A DNA stretch of 64,000 nt from an uncultured Candidatus Saccharibacteria bacterium (GTDB lineage Bacteria; Patescibacteriota; Doudnabacteria; UBA920), in the NCBI GenBank assembly GCA_964600695.1, contig CAZRKK010000004.1, forward strand, positions 20,318-84,317, in the 5' to 3' direction. Positions within the stretch are counted from its first letter, which is position 1. The number at the start of each line of letters is the position of its first letter. Shown here one piece after another: positions 1-9,167 of this stretch. The notes below the pieces were generated by a model that worked only from the letters and a program-made list of their open reading frames with translations, was not told the DNA's origin and searched no databases. Position numbers and translations under genes: made by a program.

Positions 1-93
1 ACAATAAACCCAATTCCAATTTCGATCCAGTTCCAAATTTTCTTGAATATGTCCATAACTCGAATTTATTTTCTAACCATATTTTATCATAAT

Positions 94-1956
94 TTATAAT
101 CCCCCGCCCATTCCAAATCTATACACAGCTAGCCCGCCAGCACTTAAACTGGCAATAGCAATTGCGATTGAACCAGCTGCTCCAGAAGATTTTGGTTTTT
201 CTGTTTGGGCCTCGGGTTTAGATTCTGATTTTGCCTCAGATTTTGTCTTAGGTTTATTGGAGGGTCTTTTATTCGTCTCAGATGTTTTGGAATCTAGAGC
301 TTTTGCTTTTTTTGCAGTGGCTTTGGCAGCCTTTTTAACAACAGCTTTCGCTTTAGAAGATTTTACCGAAGTTTTCGTTGCAGTTTTAGTTTTTAGGGAT
401 TTTTCTGTTTTTGATGCTACTTTTGTCTTAGCTCTTGTGGTAACTGTAGTTTTTTCTTTGTTAGGTTCTTTTTTAGTACTTTCTTCTTGTTCTTTGTCTG
501 GTTCTACTGTAGGCTCAAAATTTTGAATACCAAAGCTTGGGTCCAACCATTTCCAAGTTCCATTGATATTGGCATAACTTTTGCCTTCAGGGGCTTTAGT
601 TGAATAGCTTACAGAGTCGATCACTTGTTCTTCTCCATCAAACAAAGTCACAACCCCACCTTTAGTATTATTAAGAACAAATTTTCCTGCTGGGACAGTT
701 ACAGAAAAGTATTCATTGGGTTCTATGGTTAAATTAGAAAATGTAAAAGCTTTTGAACTTAAATCTTGATTCGGCAAAATATTATCTAAAACCCAGCTAT
801 CCACTACTACAGACTGTGTTCCATAGTTATACAGTTCAATGGTTTCTCGACCAGAATCTTTACCCTTTGGATTGGGCAATATCTCGGTAATTTTAATTGT
901 AGGCAGTACTACTGATGGCGGTTCTATTGGCGGTGGATCTTCAGTTGGTGGATCGTCTGTGGGTGGTTCCTCAACTGGTGGATCGTCTGTGGGCGGCGGA
1001 TCTTCAACTGGAATAACTGGCTGTACAGTTAGAGACAGCACACAACTAGCACCAAACCCTATGCCGTTATTTGCCATCTGCCATTGGTAAGAATAAAGCC
1101 CTTCAGTTAGCGGGGCAACTAACTCGACAGATGTAATCCAATTCTGATCTGGTCTAATTACAGATTCGGCTGGGAAAGTTAAATTATTCCCATCGCTCGC
1201 CAACAAAGAATAATCCAAACCAGTCCATTGTGTGGTTCCATTGTTCTTAAATTCTAAATCAAACACAATTGTACTGTTAGGCTCTGCAATCCTGCTTGGC
1301 TCAGCTATTGCACATAAGGCGTCATCGGCTAACACTGGCGGATCGTCTGAGGGATCTACAGGATCCATAGGTAGCTGCTGGATTGTTGAATTTCGAGGGT
1401 TACTTACCTGCAACGAATAAGTAGAAGTACCAAACAAAGAATCCCTCACAACCGAATGCTCCCCACTCGGATTAGCTATCCCAGAAGAATTAAAACCATT
1501 TGTAGTTGTACCCCATGACAAGCTATCTACAAGTTCCCCAGTGTCTATGAGTCCCTTGCGAATAGCCACACCATTATTATCAGCCAAAGTCGCTGTACTT
1601 GTTAAGTCAGGAACTTTAGTAATTCCACTAAAAGCTGAATTAGCCCATAAGTAAAAACTATATGGCGGAACAAACGTATCGCTTGTCCATGATTTAATTG
1701 AAGTGTCTATGGTGGCAGTGGCCGTTCTTTTAACCAAACGATAATCCTTAAGGTTAAAAGGGGTAGGATTAGGATTAAATAACTCTATATAATCCTCGCT
1801 GGTTCTACCCATCCCTCCAGTTATCTGCACCGCAGAAATTACCAGTGGTTTGAGAGTATCTTCGCCCGCAGCACTTGCGGGCAGTGCTGTGCCTCCTATG
1901 AGGCCAACCATTACTACGACCATCGTCGCAGTAATAAAAACAAATTTACTTTGCAT
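94..1956 (-). CDS. Secreted surface protein: signal peptide, two lamin-tail (LTD) domains, Pro/Asp-rich linker, long Lys/Ala/Thr-rich basic tail, C-terminal hydrophobic anchor
   Basis: Start moved to internal Met (MQSKFVFITATMVVVMVGLIGG..., cat at 1954-1956), which gives a classic signal peptide. Two LTD-like blocks (...DYIELFNPNPTPFNLKDYRLV... and ...ETIELYNYGTQSVVVDSWVLD...). PPTDDPPVEEPPTDDPPTEDPPP linker. ~130-aa KTKT/AKKAAKA histone-H1-like tail. Terminal GAAGSIAIAIASLSAGGLAVYRF hydrophobic segment. Confidence 0.6.
   Translation of the reverse strand: MQSKFVFITATMVVVMVGLIGGTALPASAAGEDTLKPLVISAVQITGGMGRTSEDYIELFNPNPTPFNLKDYRLVKRTATATIDTSIKSWTSDTFVPPYSFYLWANSAFSGITKVPDLTSTATLADNNGVAIRKGLIDTGELVDSLSWGTTTNGFNSSGIANPSGEHSVVRDSLFGTSTYSLQVSNPRNSTIQQLPMDPVDPSDDPPVLADDALCAIAEPSRIAEPNSTIVFDLEFKNNGTTQWTGLDYSLLASDGNNLTFPAESVIRPDQNWITSVELVAPLTEGLYSYQWQMANNGIGFGASCVLSLTVQPVIPVEDPPPTDDPPVEEPPTDDPPTEDPPPIEPPSVVLPTIKITEILPNPKGKDSGRETIELYNYGTQSVVVDSWVLDNILPNQDLSSKAFTFSNLTIEPNEYFSVTVPAGKFVLNNTKGGVVTLFDGEEQVIDSVSYSTKAPEGKSYANINGTWKWLDPSFGIQNFEPTVEPDKEQEESTKKEPNKEKTTVTTRAKTKVASKTEKSLKTKTATKTSVKSSKAKAVVKKAAKATAKKAKALDSKTSETNKRPSNKPKTKSEAKSESKPEAQTEKPKSSGAAGSIAIAIASLSAGGLAVYRFGMGGGL
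930..1010. repeat. In-frame tandem DNA repeat (ggtggatcgtctgtggg-like units) encoding the PPTDDPP linker
   Basis: Repeats ggtggatcttcagttggtggatcgtctgtgggtggttcctcaactggtggatcgtctgtgggcggcgg visible in the sequence. Confidence 0.6.
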
Positions 1957-2117
1957 ATTTTTGTAATTAATTATCTTAATTACATTATGCAGAAGCACCG
2001 ATAAAACTGGCTTTAAGTTATTCTCAAAGTGGAATCAAAAAAATCTAAAATAAAACTGAATTAGTCCTGAATAATTCAATATAAGACAAAAATAAAACCG
2101 CTCAGGGACAGAGCGGT

Positions 2118-2552
2118 TTACTCAGAATCATTAATGCTTTCTGGTGGCAGGTTTTTGTACAGCGCGCCAAGCACCCCATTTACAAATTTACCAGACGAAT
2201 CTCCGCCGAAGCGTTTACCCATTTCTACGGCTTCATTGATAACTACTCGGGCAGGGGTATCTTTTATAAACATCATTTCGTAAATCCCTAACCGCAACAC
2301 ATTGCGGTCAATGATAGTTATTTGAGCAATCGGCCATTCCGGAGCGTTTTTTACTATGATTTCATCGATAGCAGTTTGATTGTTAACCACACCATCTAGT
2401 AATTCCTTGGCAAAACTATTATCACCATCACCAGAGGCAAATTCACCACTCACACGGTCAAAAATGTCTGCAAGGTCTCCAGTTTGATCGTGAAAGTCCC
2501 ATTCAAATAAAGTTTGCAGGGCGATGGTTCGTAGTAAATGTCGATTAGCCAT
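2118..2552 (-). CDS. nusB: Transcription antitermination factor NusB
   Basis: MANRHLLRTIALQTLFEW...ARVVINEAVEMGKRFGGDSSGKFVNGVLGA is a typical NusB sequence. Start taken at the internal Met (cat 2550-2552), not the extended ORF. Confidence 0.8.
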   Translation of the reverse strand: MANRHLLRTIALQTLFEWDFHDQTGDLADIFDRVSGEFASGDGDNSFAKELLDGVVNNQTAIDEIIVKNAPEWPIAQITIIDRNVLRLGIYEMMFIKDTPARVVINEAVEMGKRFGGDSSGKFVNGVLGALYKNLPPESINDSE

Positions 2553-2640
2553 ATAGTGATAGTTTAGCGGAAAATCGATAATAGGCAAAATAAAAAAGCT
2601 TGCAGTGTTTGCAAGCTTTGCGAGCTCTAATTTACGAGCT

Positions 2641-4071
2641 CTAAGTAGATAAACCAATACACTCAATAGAACCACGATCTGCCCATGCACGCCGACCCTC
2701 GGCGTCCATTTTATTGTCCGAAATTTCTTGCCGTAACTCTTCTAGGCAGTCTGATAGGTCATCGATTTTTCTTTCGACTTCAAACCAATCCTGATAGAGA
2801 TCCCTGCGAACTGAATCTTTGAGTGAAGCAAATGATTTTTCAAAGGCAGAAAATTTTACCTTGAATGATTCAATCGCATCCGGATGAAGGACTTCAACAC
2901 GAACTTCGGAAAGCAAGTCCGCAACGGATCGTAGCTTTACCACACAAGCATCCACAGCCTTATCCAGGCCCTTCAAAATCTGCTCAGGTTTTCGGATGAT
3001 TGCCATGGCATCATTTAAAGTTTTTTGGACTGCTTCGATCTCTGTCTTAGCCAAGGTGGGTTCCAAAACATCAAGTGAATTCAGTTCAGTAGCCTCTCTT
3101 AGCTTTCCAAACAGAAATGTCACCCATGGACTAGACATCAACTCTTCGATGCGAGCCTTATCGTCCCGCCAAATTGGCTCTGGATATTTCACCAGTGTTT
3201 CCAAATTTTTCGTCAGCTTTGAGCCCATCAAATCCCTCGCTCCATTTAACTGAGTCTCGAGTTGTTTGATTTGATCATCATTAACCGCACGCAACTCCTC
3301 CAGAACGGTGTAGCGATTCAAGACTTTACCCAAATACAACGGCGCGTCATAAATGGTTTGGATATACAATTGAGGATCGTAAGTCTCCGGCTCCAGAAAC
3401 ACATTAGCTTCCGAGACAATTCGATCTGCTTCTGCAAATTCCTGAACCAAGTCGATCTTATAACCGAGAGCGGCTAGTTCGCTTAGTTCGGATTTGAAAG
3501 TTTGGATATTCTCTTCTACAACTTCCTTAATTGAAGGTAGTCTTTTCTCGGCGGTGATATAATCATCCAAGATTTTTCTGATGATTATTTCTGAATCACC
3601 CACATTAAGATCCCCTACTAATGCATAGTCTGAGATAGCAATTTTAGGATTAGTCTTACCAAGTTCGCGAAGGTTATACAATAGTTGTAAGGATTGCTTA
3701 ATGGATGAGAGTCCAGTAGCTTCATGTTCTTTGATGTTATCCAAAACCCTCTGGCATTTAACCACTTCCATAGCTTTAGAGACTCGCGACTCAAGAATAT
3801 CTTTTAAACCATTAATCGATGCAGTTCTGACATGAATTTTACCGTTAAGTTCAGAAGATACCTTGATAAACTTTCGGTAGTCTCCAATGTCGTATAACCA
3901 CGACAAAATTAGCAAGTAACTAAAAAGCAGTGAAAACCCAAAAAGGATTTTTGTGGAGCCATCGTCACTTACAGAAACCACATAATCCCTCCCAAAATAG
4001 ACCACACCGAATATGCACAACAAAATCAGAGGCACCTTAAACAGGCTTTTAAGAATCAGTTTGAATTTCAT
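2641..4071 (-). CDS. Membrane-anchored (2 N-terminal TM) coiled-coil protein of unknown function
   Basis: 476-aa ORF. Hydrophobic N-terminus (LILLCIFGVVYFG, LLFSYLLILSWLY), then a long helical, charged domain. No recognisable catalytic motif. Lies directly upstream of nusB. Confidence 0.5.
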   Translation of the reverse strand: MKFKLILKSLFKVPLILLCIFGVVYFGRDYVVSVSDDGSTKILFGFSLLFSYLLILSWLYDIGDYRKFIKVSSELNGKIHVRTASINGLKDILESRVSKAMEVVKCQRVLDNIKEHEATGLSSIKQSLQLLYNLRELGKTNPKIAISDYALVGDLNVGDSEIIIRKILDDYITAEKRLPSIKEVVEENIQTFKSELSELAALGYKIDLVQEFAEADRIVSEANVFLEPETYDPQLYIQTIYDAPLYLGKVLNRYTVLEELRAVNDDQIKQLETQLNGARDLMGSKLTKNLETLVKYPEPIWRDDKARIEELMSSPWVTFLFGKLREATELNSLDVLEPTLAKTEIEAVQKTLNDAMAIIRKPEQILKGLDKAVDACVVKLRSVADLLSEVRVEVLHPDAIESFKVKFSAFEKSFASLKDSVRRDLYQDWFEVERKIDDLSDCLEELRQEISDNKMDAEGRRAWADRGSIECIGLST

Positions 4072-4160
4072 ATTTCCTCCCAGAAAATTTTATAACAACT
4101 CTGTACTATATAACAAAAACAACGCTTAGTCAAGCGTTGTTTTATAAAGAAATTTTGGGT

Positions 4161-4325
4161 TTAAACCTTACGGCCCTTGTAGAAACTACAGTTTGGACAA
4201 GGCAAATGAGGCATTGTCGGATTACCACAGTTAGAGCATTTTGCTAAATTAGAGGCTTTAATAGCGTGATGACTACGTCGTTGATCACGACCACTGCGGG
4301 TTTTATGCTTTTTTGGAACTCCCAT
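4161..4325 (-). CDS. rpmF: 50S ribosomal protein L32
   Basis: Not in the ORF track (below its length cut-off). The reverse strand translates to MGVPKKHKTRSGRDQRRSHHAIKASNLAKCSNCGNPTMPHLPCPNCSFYKGRKV*. The L32 N-terminus and C-x2-C...C-x2-C zinc ribbon are present. Confidence 0.8.
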   Translation of the reverse strand: MGVPKKHKTRSGRDQRRSHHAIKASNLAKCSNCGNPTMPHLPCPNCSFYKGRKV

Positions 4326-4422
4326 AATATATTATTTAAAAGTTATAATTAGTTGCTGTATTCGCCTAGCGGAACAGCCAATGGGATAATTATATATAAA
4401 AAAGCTGTCTTCGTCAAGACAG

Positions 4423-4950
4423 CTAAATCGCTAAACTGGCACTTTTTTTGGAGAACCCATTCTGAGAAACTGGCACCAAAACCTCAGTTTTGGGGATAGA
4501 ATCGGCATGCAATTCCTTGAGAGGTTTAAGGATCTTATTACGCAGTAACTGAGGAAAGGTTCGGACCAACAGCACCAAGCGGTGCAATAAGTCTGTTCGA
4601 AGCTGACCTTGTGGTTCATATTCATCTCTTCCATCATAACAAGCTATAGAACAAGGCTTCGACCCATTATCATAAAAACACCACTTAACCTCAGCTTTAA
4701 TAGCCGGGTCGGAATAGTTGATAAACAGTACCGCTTTCAGCGTAACTTTGACTAGTAGATTATCAACCCAGTTTAAAGTTACCTCAACTGCACTGGAAGG
4801 GACGATATATATTTCATCTTCGAACTTCATGCTAGATTCTCTTTTCAGATATATATCTTCTCCACTTGGGCGATATTTATTAATACTCCCCGAAGCAGAC
4901 AACAACACCCAACCATTCATTGCACTGGGCTGTAACTTTACTCCATTCAT
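4423..4950 (-). CDS. DUF177/YceD-family protein (large-subunit accumulation factor, co-transcribed with rpmF)
   Basis: 175-aa ORF immediately upstream of rpmF on the same strand, which is the conserved yceD-rpmF arrangement. Cys cluster (KWCFYDNGSKPCSIACYDG) and acidic EYEPQG segment fit DUF177. True start may be the second Met (MNGWVLL). Confidence 0.45.
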   Translation of the reverse strand: MNGVKLQPSAMNGWVLLSASGSINKYRPSGEDIYLKRESSMKFEDEIYIVPSSAVEVTLNWVDNLLVKVTLKAVLFINYSDPAIKAEVKWCFYDNGSKPCSIACYDGRDEYEPQGQLRTDLLHRLVLLVRTFPQLLRNKILKPLKELHADSIPKTEVLVPVSQNGFSKKSASLAI

Positions 4951-5105
4951 ATTTTAACCTCCTATAAACTTTCTTAGCCCTGTAGTATAAGGGTTATTCC
5001 TTTAAATAGCAAGACCGGCAAGATATAAAAAAACCAGCACAAAGTTGTGCTGGCCTTTTGCAAAGCACCGTCTATTTCCACACAAATGGTACTAAGCAAA
5101 TTGGT

Positions 5106-5747
5106 CTACTGCTTTATTTCTTCGGCAGTATAATTGGACATACACTCACCCCCAACGAAGACAACCTTTACCGCTGGTTCTAAAAGAACTTTTAGTAATT
5201 GATGAACTTTTTCGGCATCTTGAGGGCCCCATTTTCTGGAAGCATCCCCTATGAAAACCAAACTGGTGATGTAAGTGCTATTCTTCGTTCTGACAGATGG
5301 AAACAACAGCATTTCGCTAGGCTGAACAATGCTCAGCAATTTTGTAGCCAACACGTAATCTTGAGGGCTAATAAAGCTGGATTGATCGGCGCTATAAGTT
5401 CCATCGGCCTTCAGAGCCTGTAGCTTATTGTCTCGATAGACAATAGATTGAACCACCACGGGGTACTGATAAATTTGAACCGTGAAATGATCATTGCCTT
5501 CGTTGCAACGAGGTGTCACCAAAGCTTCTTTTAAGTTTGGCATGAAGAGCGATGCTCTCTGTACCTTCGCCGGAGCTTTGGAACGCGAAACTTTGGAAGT
5601 TTTCTTGACCCGTTTAGTAGTGTTCTTTTTAGCGCTTGAGCTTTTTACAGCTGGGCGTTTTACAGCCGGTCGCTTTTGAGCAGATACGTCTTGAGGCAAG
5701 AATATGCCTGTGACTAAAATTGCAATCAGAAAAAATGAATACTTCAT
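5106..5747 (-). CDS. Secreted protein of unknown function with basic KRPAV repeats
   Basis: Signal peptide MKYSFFLIAILVTGIFLPQDVSA. KRPAVKRPAVK repeat, Lys/Ser-rich segment, then a globular C-terminal domain. SD TATAGGAGGCAAGAAATG. Own -10 TATAAT upstream. Confidence 0.5.
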   Translation of the reverse strand: MKYSFFLIAILVTGIFLPQDVSAQKRPAVKRPAVKSSSAKKNTTKRVKKTSKVSRSKAPAKVQRASLFMPNLKEALVTPRCNEGNDHFTVQIYQYPVVVQSIVYRDNKLQALKADGTYSADQSSFISPQDYVLATKLLSIVQPSEMLLFPSVRTKNSTYITSLVFIGDASRKWGPQDAEKVHQLLKVLLEPAVKVVFVGGECMSNYTAEEIKQ

Positions 5748-5858
5748 TTCTTGCCTCCTATATTTTGAAATTTTTGCAAGCTTACGCTGGCAACTATATT
5801 ATACGTGGTTGAATTTAATAAGCAACAAAGTTATCCGCAGCTTATTACTTAAAACTAA

Positions 5859-5934
5859 AACCCGAATATTTGCCTTACGAACGATTCCGCAGACCATTGG
5901 CCGAGGACTAGTGAGGAGGGCAAATATTCGGGTT
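5859..5934 (-). terminator. 16-bp perfect inverted repeat (aacccgaatatttgcc / ggcaaatattcgggtt) with 44-nt loop, followed on the minus strand by a U-rich tract
   Basis: Arms at 5859-5874 and 5919-5934 are exact reverse complements. On the minus strand the 3' arm runs into TTTTAGTTTTAAG. Confidence 0.5.
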
Positions 5935-6075
5935 ATAGTTAGAGCCCCCAATCCGAGTAACCGAAATCAGGAGCATGAGTCTCGTTCAATTCAATAATAA
6001 TATTTTAGGAATTGAGGAGTAAAATCGGGCTTAAACAACACCACTGCTGGCCGTTTCTATTTGGCTCGACAAATC

Positions 6076-6104
6076 ATAATACCCTAGGTAACCCGTTTTG
6101 TCAA
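6076..6104 (-). promoter_or_regulatory. Near-consensus sigma70 promoter (TTGACA-N17-TATTAT) on the minus strand, immediately downstream of the groEL terminator
   Basis: Minus strand reads GTGTTGACAAAACGGGTTACCTAGGGTATTATGATTTG. -35 = complement of 6099-6104, 17-nt spacer, -10 = complement of 6076-6081. Confidence 0.5.
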
Positions 6105-6106
6105 CA

Positions 6107-6140
6107 CTATAAAACCTTCTTGTTACAGAAGGTTTTATAG
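6107..6140 (-). terminator. Rho-independent terminator of groES-groEL (ctataaaaccttc-ttgttaca-gaaggttttatag)
   Basis: Perfect 13-bp palindromic stem with A/U-rich flanks, 30 nt after the groEL stop. Confidence 0.6.
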
Positions 6141-6168
6141 TTAAAATCAGACTTATTTTTAAAGTAGC

Positions 6169-7857
6169 TTAGAAGCCCATGCCACCCATACCCATACCAC
6201 CGCCCATTCCTGCGCCCATCTCTGGAGCGTTGGACTTTGGTTCTGGTTTATCGACAATTATTGTTTCTGTAGTGACAAGTGTAGAAGCGATCGAAATAGC
6301 GTTTTCGAGCGCTAAACGAGTGACTTTAACAGGGTCAACAATTCCGCTAGTGATCATGTCGTCTTTTTTACCAGCCTCCCACTTCATTTCGTCGTAGTCA
6401 GCAAAATCGTAACCGGCATTATTACTCTCGGAAGTTTGAACGAACTTGATGATCCCACTTGGTTCGGCGCCCGCATTTTCGGCAATCTGCCGTAGCGGGG
6501 CATCCAGTGATTTACGCACAATCATCGCGCCACGCTTTTCATTTTCCTGAAAGTAATCAGAGTTAGAAATGGCAAGCTCTAAAGCTGGAGCGATTCTAGC
6601 GAGAGCTGCACCACCACCAGCTACAATACCCTCTTCGACTGCAGCTCTTGTAGCGTTAAGCGCGTCTTCAATTTTAAACTTTTTTGCGCGCATCTCAGTT
6701 TCGGTAAACGCACCAACTTTAATAACCCCAATACCTCCAGCCAAACGGGCCATACGTTCCATTAGTTTTTCTTTGTCAAAGTCAGAGGTTGATTCTTTGA
6801 TCGCTGCCTTAATTTGATTAACACGGTTTTCGATTGCAGATTTATCACCTTGCCCATCTACTATAGTTGTATATTCTTTAGTCGCAATAACTTTGCGCGC
6901 ACGGCCAAGTTGGTCCATTTCGGTCTTTTCTAAAATATGACCAAGCTCAGAAGTAATGACAGTCGCACCGGTTAGCACGGCAATGTCGGCAAGCATTTCT
7001 TTACGACGATCACCAAACCCTGGAGCTTTGACTGCCAAAACGTTAAAGGTACCACGAAGCTTGTTTAATACGAAGGTTGTTAAGGCTTCCCCATCTACAT
7101 CATCAGCAATTAGGACAAGCTCCTTTTTACCACCTTGGGCAATTTTTTCTAGCAAAGGCAAAATCTCTTGGACACTAGAAACTTTTTTATCTGTAATTAA
7201 AATGTATGGATCTTCCCAAACAGCCTCCATGCGCTCTGCATTAGTGACCATGTAAGAAGAAACAAAGCCTTTGTCGAAACGCATACCTTGAACAACTTCT
7301 TTTTCTATACCGATGCTTTGACCTTCCTCTACAGTAATAACACCATCACTACCTACTTCTTCCATGGCTTCGGCAATTAGCTTACCTACTTCAGAGTCAA
7401 GAGAAGAAATAGTTGCAACTTGCTCTATACCCTCGCGAGTAGTAACTTCTTTTTTAACTTTATTCAATTCTTCTACAACAAAGCGAGCAGCTTTGTCCAT
7501 ACCACGCTTAAGGTCGTTAGCTTTAAAAGTGTTGCGTTCAAGTTCGCTAAAGGCCTCTTCGATCATTTTTTGGGCGAGTACTGTAGCAGTAGTAGTACCA
7601 TCACCTGCATCTTCGTTAGTCTTGTTAGCCACTTCTTTGATAAGTGAGACGCCGATGTTTTGAAATTTATCTTCCAGTTCAATATCTTTAGCCACAGTTA
7701 CACCATCATCAGAAATGGTTGGACTACCATAACCACGATCAAGAATAACTGCTTTACCAGTTGGCCCTAGCGTTACTTTGATGGCGTTAGCAGCAATGTC
7801 TACGCCTTCTTTGATTGCTTTTTTGGCTTCGAAGCCAGTTTTGATTAATTTGCTCAT
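6169..7857 (-). CDS. groL: Chaperonin GroEL (Cpn60)
   Basis: 562 aa. MSKLIKTGFEAKKAIKEGVD..., TTTATVLA motif, C-terminal GGMGGGMGMGGMGF tail. Confidence 0.97.
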   Translation of the reverse strand: MSKLIKTGFEAKKAIKEGVDIAANAIKVTLGPTGKAVILDRGYGSPTISDDGVTVAKDIELEDKFQNIGVSLIKEVANKTNEDAGDGTTTATVLAQKMIEEAFSELERNTFKANDLKRGMDKAARFVVEELNKVKKEVTTREGIEQVATISSLDSEVGKLIAEAMEEVGSDGVITVEEGQSIGIEKEVVQGMRFDKGFVSSYMVTNAERMEAVWEDPYILITDKKVSSVQEILPLLEKIAQGGKKELVLIADDVDGEALTTFVLNKLRGTFNVLAVKAPGFGDRRKEMLADIAVLTGATVITSELGHILEKTEMDQLGRARKVIATKEYTTIVDGQGDKSAIENRVNQIKAAIKESTSDFDKEKLMERMARLAGGIGVIKVGAFTETEMRAKKFKIEDALNATRAAVEEGIVAGGGAALARIAPALELAISNSDYFQENEKRGAMIVRKSLDAPLRQIAENAGAEPSGIIKFVQTSESNNAGYDFADYDEMKWEAGKKDDMITSGIVDPVKVTRLALENAISIASTLVTTETIIVDKPEPKSNAPEMGAGMGGGMGMGGMGF

Positions 7858-7913
7858 GTATAAAAATGTTAATTATAAATGTTGTGGTAAATGTTGATGT
7901 GAATGCGGGTGTC

Positions 7914-8219
7914 TTACTCAAGAATGGCAAGTACATCACCTTCATCTTTTTCTTCGCCGACGTTAAGAACTTTGTACTCAATTTTTTCTCCGTTGACTTC
8001 GACTTCGATTTCGTCACCAGCATATTTACCAAACAGTACAACATCTCCTACTTTGAGGCCAGATTTTTCTACTTCCTTACCATTCCCTAAAGCGATGATT
8101 GTTCCTTGAGTTTTCTTTTCTTTGTCTGTTGAAGTTGGTAAAACAATCCCACTAGCAGTAACTTCTTCTGGGGTATTCTGTTTAACCAAAATTCGGTTTC
8201 CTACAGGTTTTACGTTCAT
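7914..8219 (-). CDS. groS: Co-chaperonin GroES (Cpn10)
   Basis: 101 aa. MNVKPVGNRILVKQ...GIVLPTS...GTIIALGNGK. SD AAGGAG upstream. Confidence 0.95.
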   Translation of the reverse strand: MNVKPVGNRILVKQNTPEEVTASGIVLPTSTDKEKKTQGTIIALGNGKEVEKSGLKVGDVVLFGKYAGDEIEVEVNGEKIEYKVLNVGEEKDEGDVLAILE

Positions 8220-8254
8220 ATTTTTGCTCCTTAATTATTGGTTAATTGTATTAA

Positions 8255-8281
8255 TTAGCACTCTTATTGCCTGAGTGCTAA
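8255..8281. promoter_or_regulatory. CIRCE operator (HrcA binding site) TTAGCACTC-N9-GAGTGCTAA upstream of groES
   Basis: Exact consensus ttagcactc ttattgcct gagtgctaa read from the sequence, 36 nt upstream of the groES start. Confidence 0.85.
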
Positions 8282-8356
8282 GTTCATATTATTAAGTTTT
8301 TTATAATGTGTCAAGACAGTCATCTTTGTGATTAAATTTGATGATATAATATCTTT

Positions 8357-9127
8357 ATGAAATTTAAAACCTCGCAAGAATCTTACGATAATCCAGAAGG
8401 TGCCCAAAATTACTTGGACTTTTTGGAATCAGAAGATGGTCAGTTTTTTAGACAAATTTTATTCGAGAGTTTTCGCTCTCGCTTAACTGGAACCGATGGA
8501 CAAACAAATTTTGATCAGAAAATCTTGGATGCAGCTTGTGGGCCTGGATGGCTCTCTGCCCGATTAGCCGAAGAATTTAAAAACATCGAAGCATTAGATG
8601 CCTCGGGGCCATTTTTAGAACATGCTAAACTTCGCTATCCTGATTTAAAATTTACTGCAGGAGATCTAAACACTACCCTACCCTACGAAGATGCAACCTT
8701 CGATACTATTATAATGAGCATGGCTGCACATGATGTAGAAGACCAAGTGAAAACATTTACAGAACTCCGTCGCATTTTAAAACCCAATGGAAAGTTCATG
8801 TTAACATTTGTAAATCCATATTATGCTTTTCCTGTTGGGGTGTGGAAGCGCGGAATTATTGGCCGATTACTAATGCGTCGACCGCGATTACTATTGCGTC
8901 CATATCATTGGTTTGCCAAAGAAGACCGTGGCTTTACCTTTAACAAATCACTTGAGTGTTATTTTTATAAGTTGTCGGAGCATCTAAACCATTTACGGGA
9001 AGCAGGTTTCAATTTTGAATTTATGAAGGACCTAGAAAGTTTAGAAGACAGCGATAGCTATAATCTTCAATACCGTCTGCACCGGTTCCCTATTCTGCTC
9101 TATGTCGAATTTACAAAACCAGTTTAA
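8357..9127 (+). CDS. Class I SAM-dependent methyltransferase (Methyltransf_11-like)
   Basis: LDAACGPGWLSARLAE (motif I GxGxG), acidic motif II, ILKPNGKFMLT motif. Confidence 0.8.
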   Translation: MKFKTSQESYDNPEGAQNYLDFLESEDGQFFRQILFESFRSRLTGTDGQTNFDQKILDAACGPGWLSARLAEEFKNIEALDASGPFLEHAKLRYPDLKFTAGDLNTTLPYEDATFDTIIMSMAAHDVEDQVKTFTELRRILKPNGKFMLTFVNPYYAFPVGVWKRGIIGRLLMRRPRLLLRPYHWFAKEDRGFTFNKSLECYFYKLSEHLNHLREAGFNFEFMKDLESLEDSDSYNLQYRLHRFPILLYVEFTKPV

Positions 9128-9167
9128 TAAAAAACCGCGGCCTATGAATATAGGTACGCGGTATTTT

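Noticed and set aside
257-526. Plus-strand ORFs antisense to large minus-strand genes (e.g. 257-526, 839-1090, 6179-6397, 6569-6817, 21827-22132, 24041-24325, 53930-54469)
   Set aside because: They lie entirely inside strongly supported genes on the opposite strand. They have low-complexity mirror-image composition (e.g. GGSSVGGSS opposite PPTDDPP) and no SD. They are six-frame artefacts.
8357-9127. DNA methyltransferase / restriction-modification system
   Set aside because: The motifs fit a generic small-molecule/RNA class I SAM methyltransferase (Methyltransf_11-like). There is no DPPY/NPPY or target-recognition domain, and no adjacent endonuclease.
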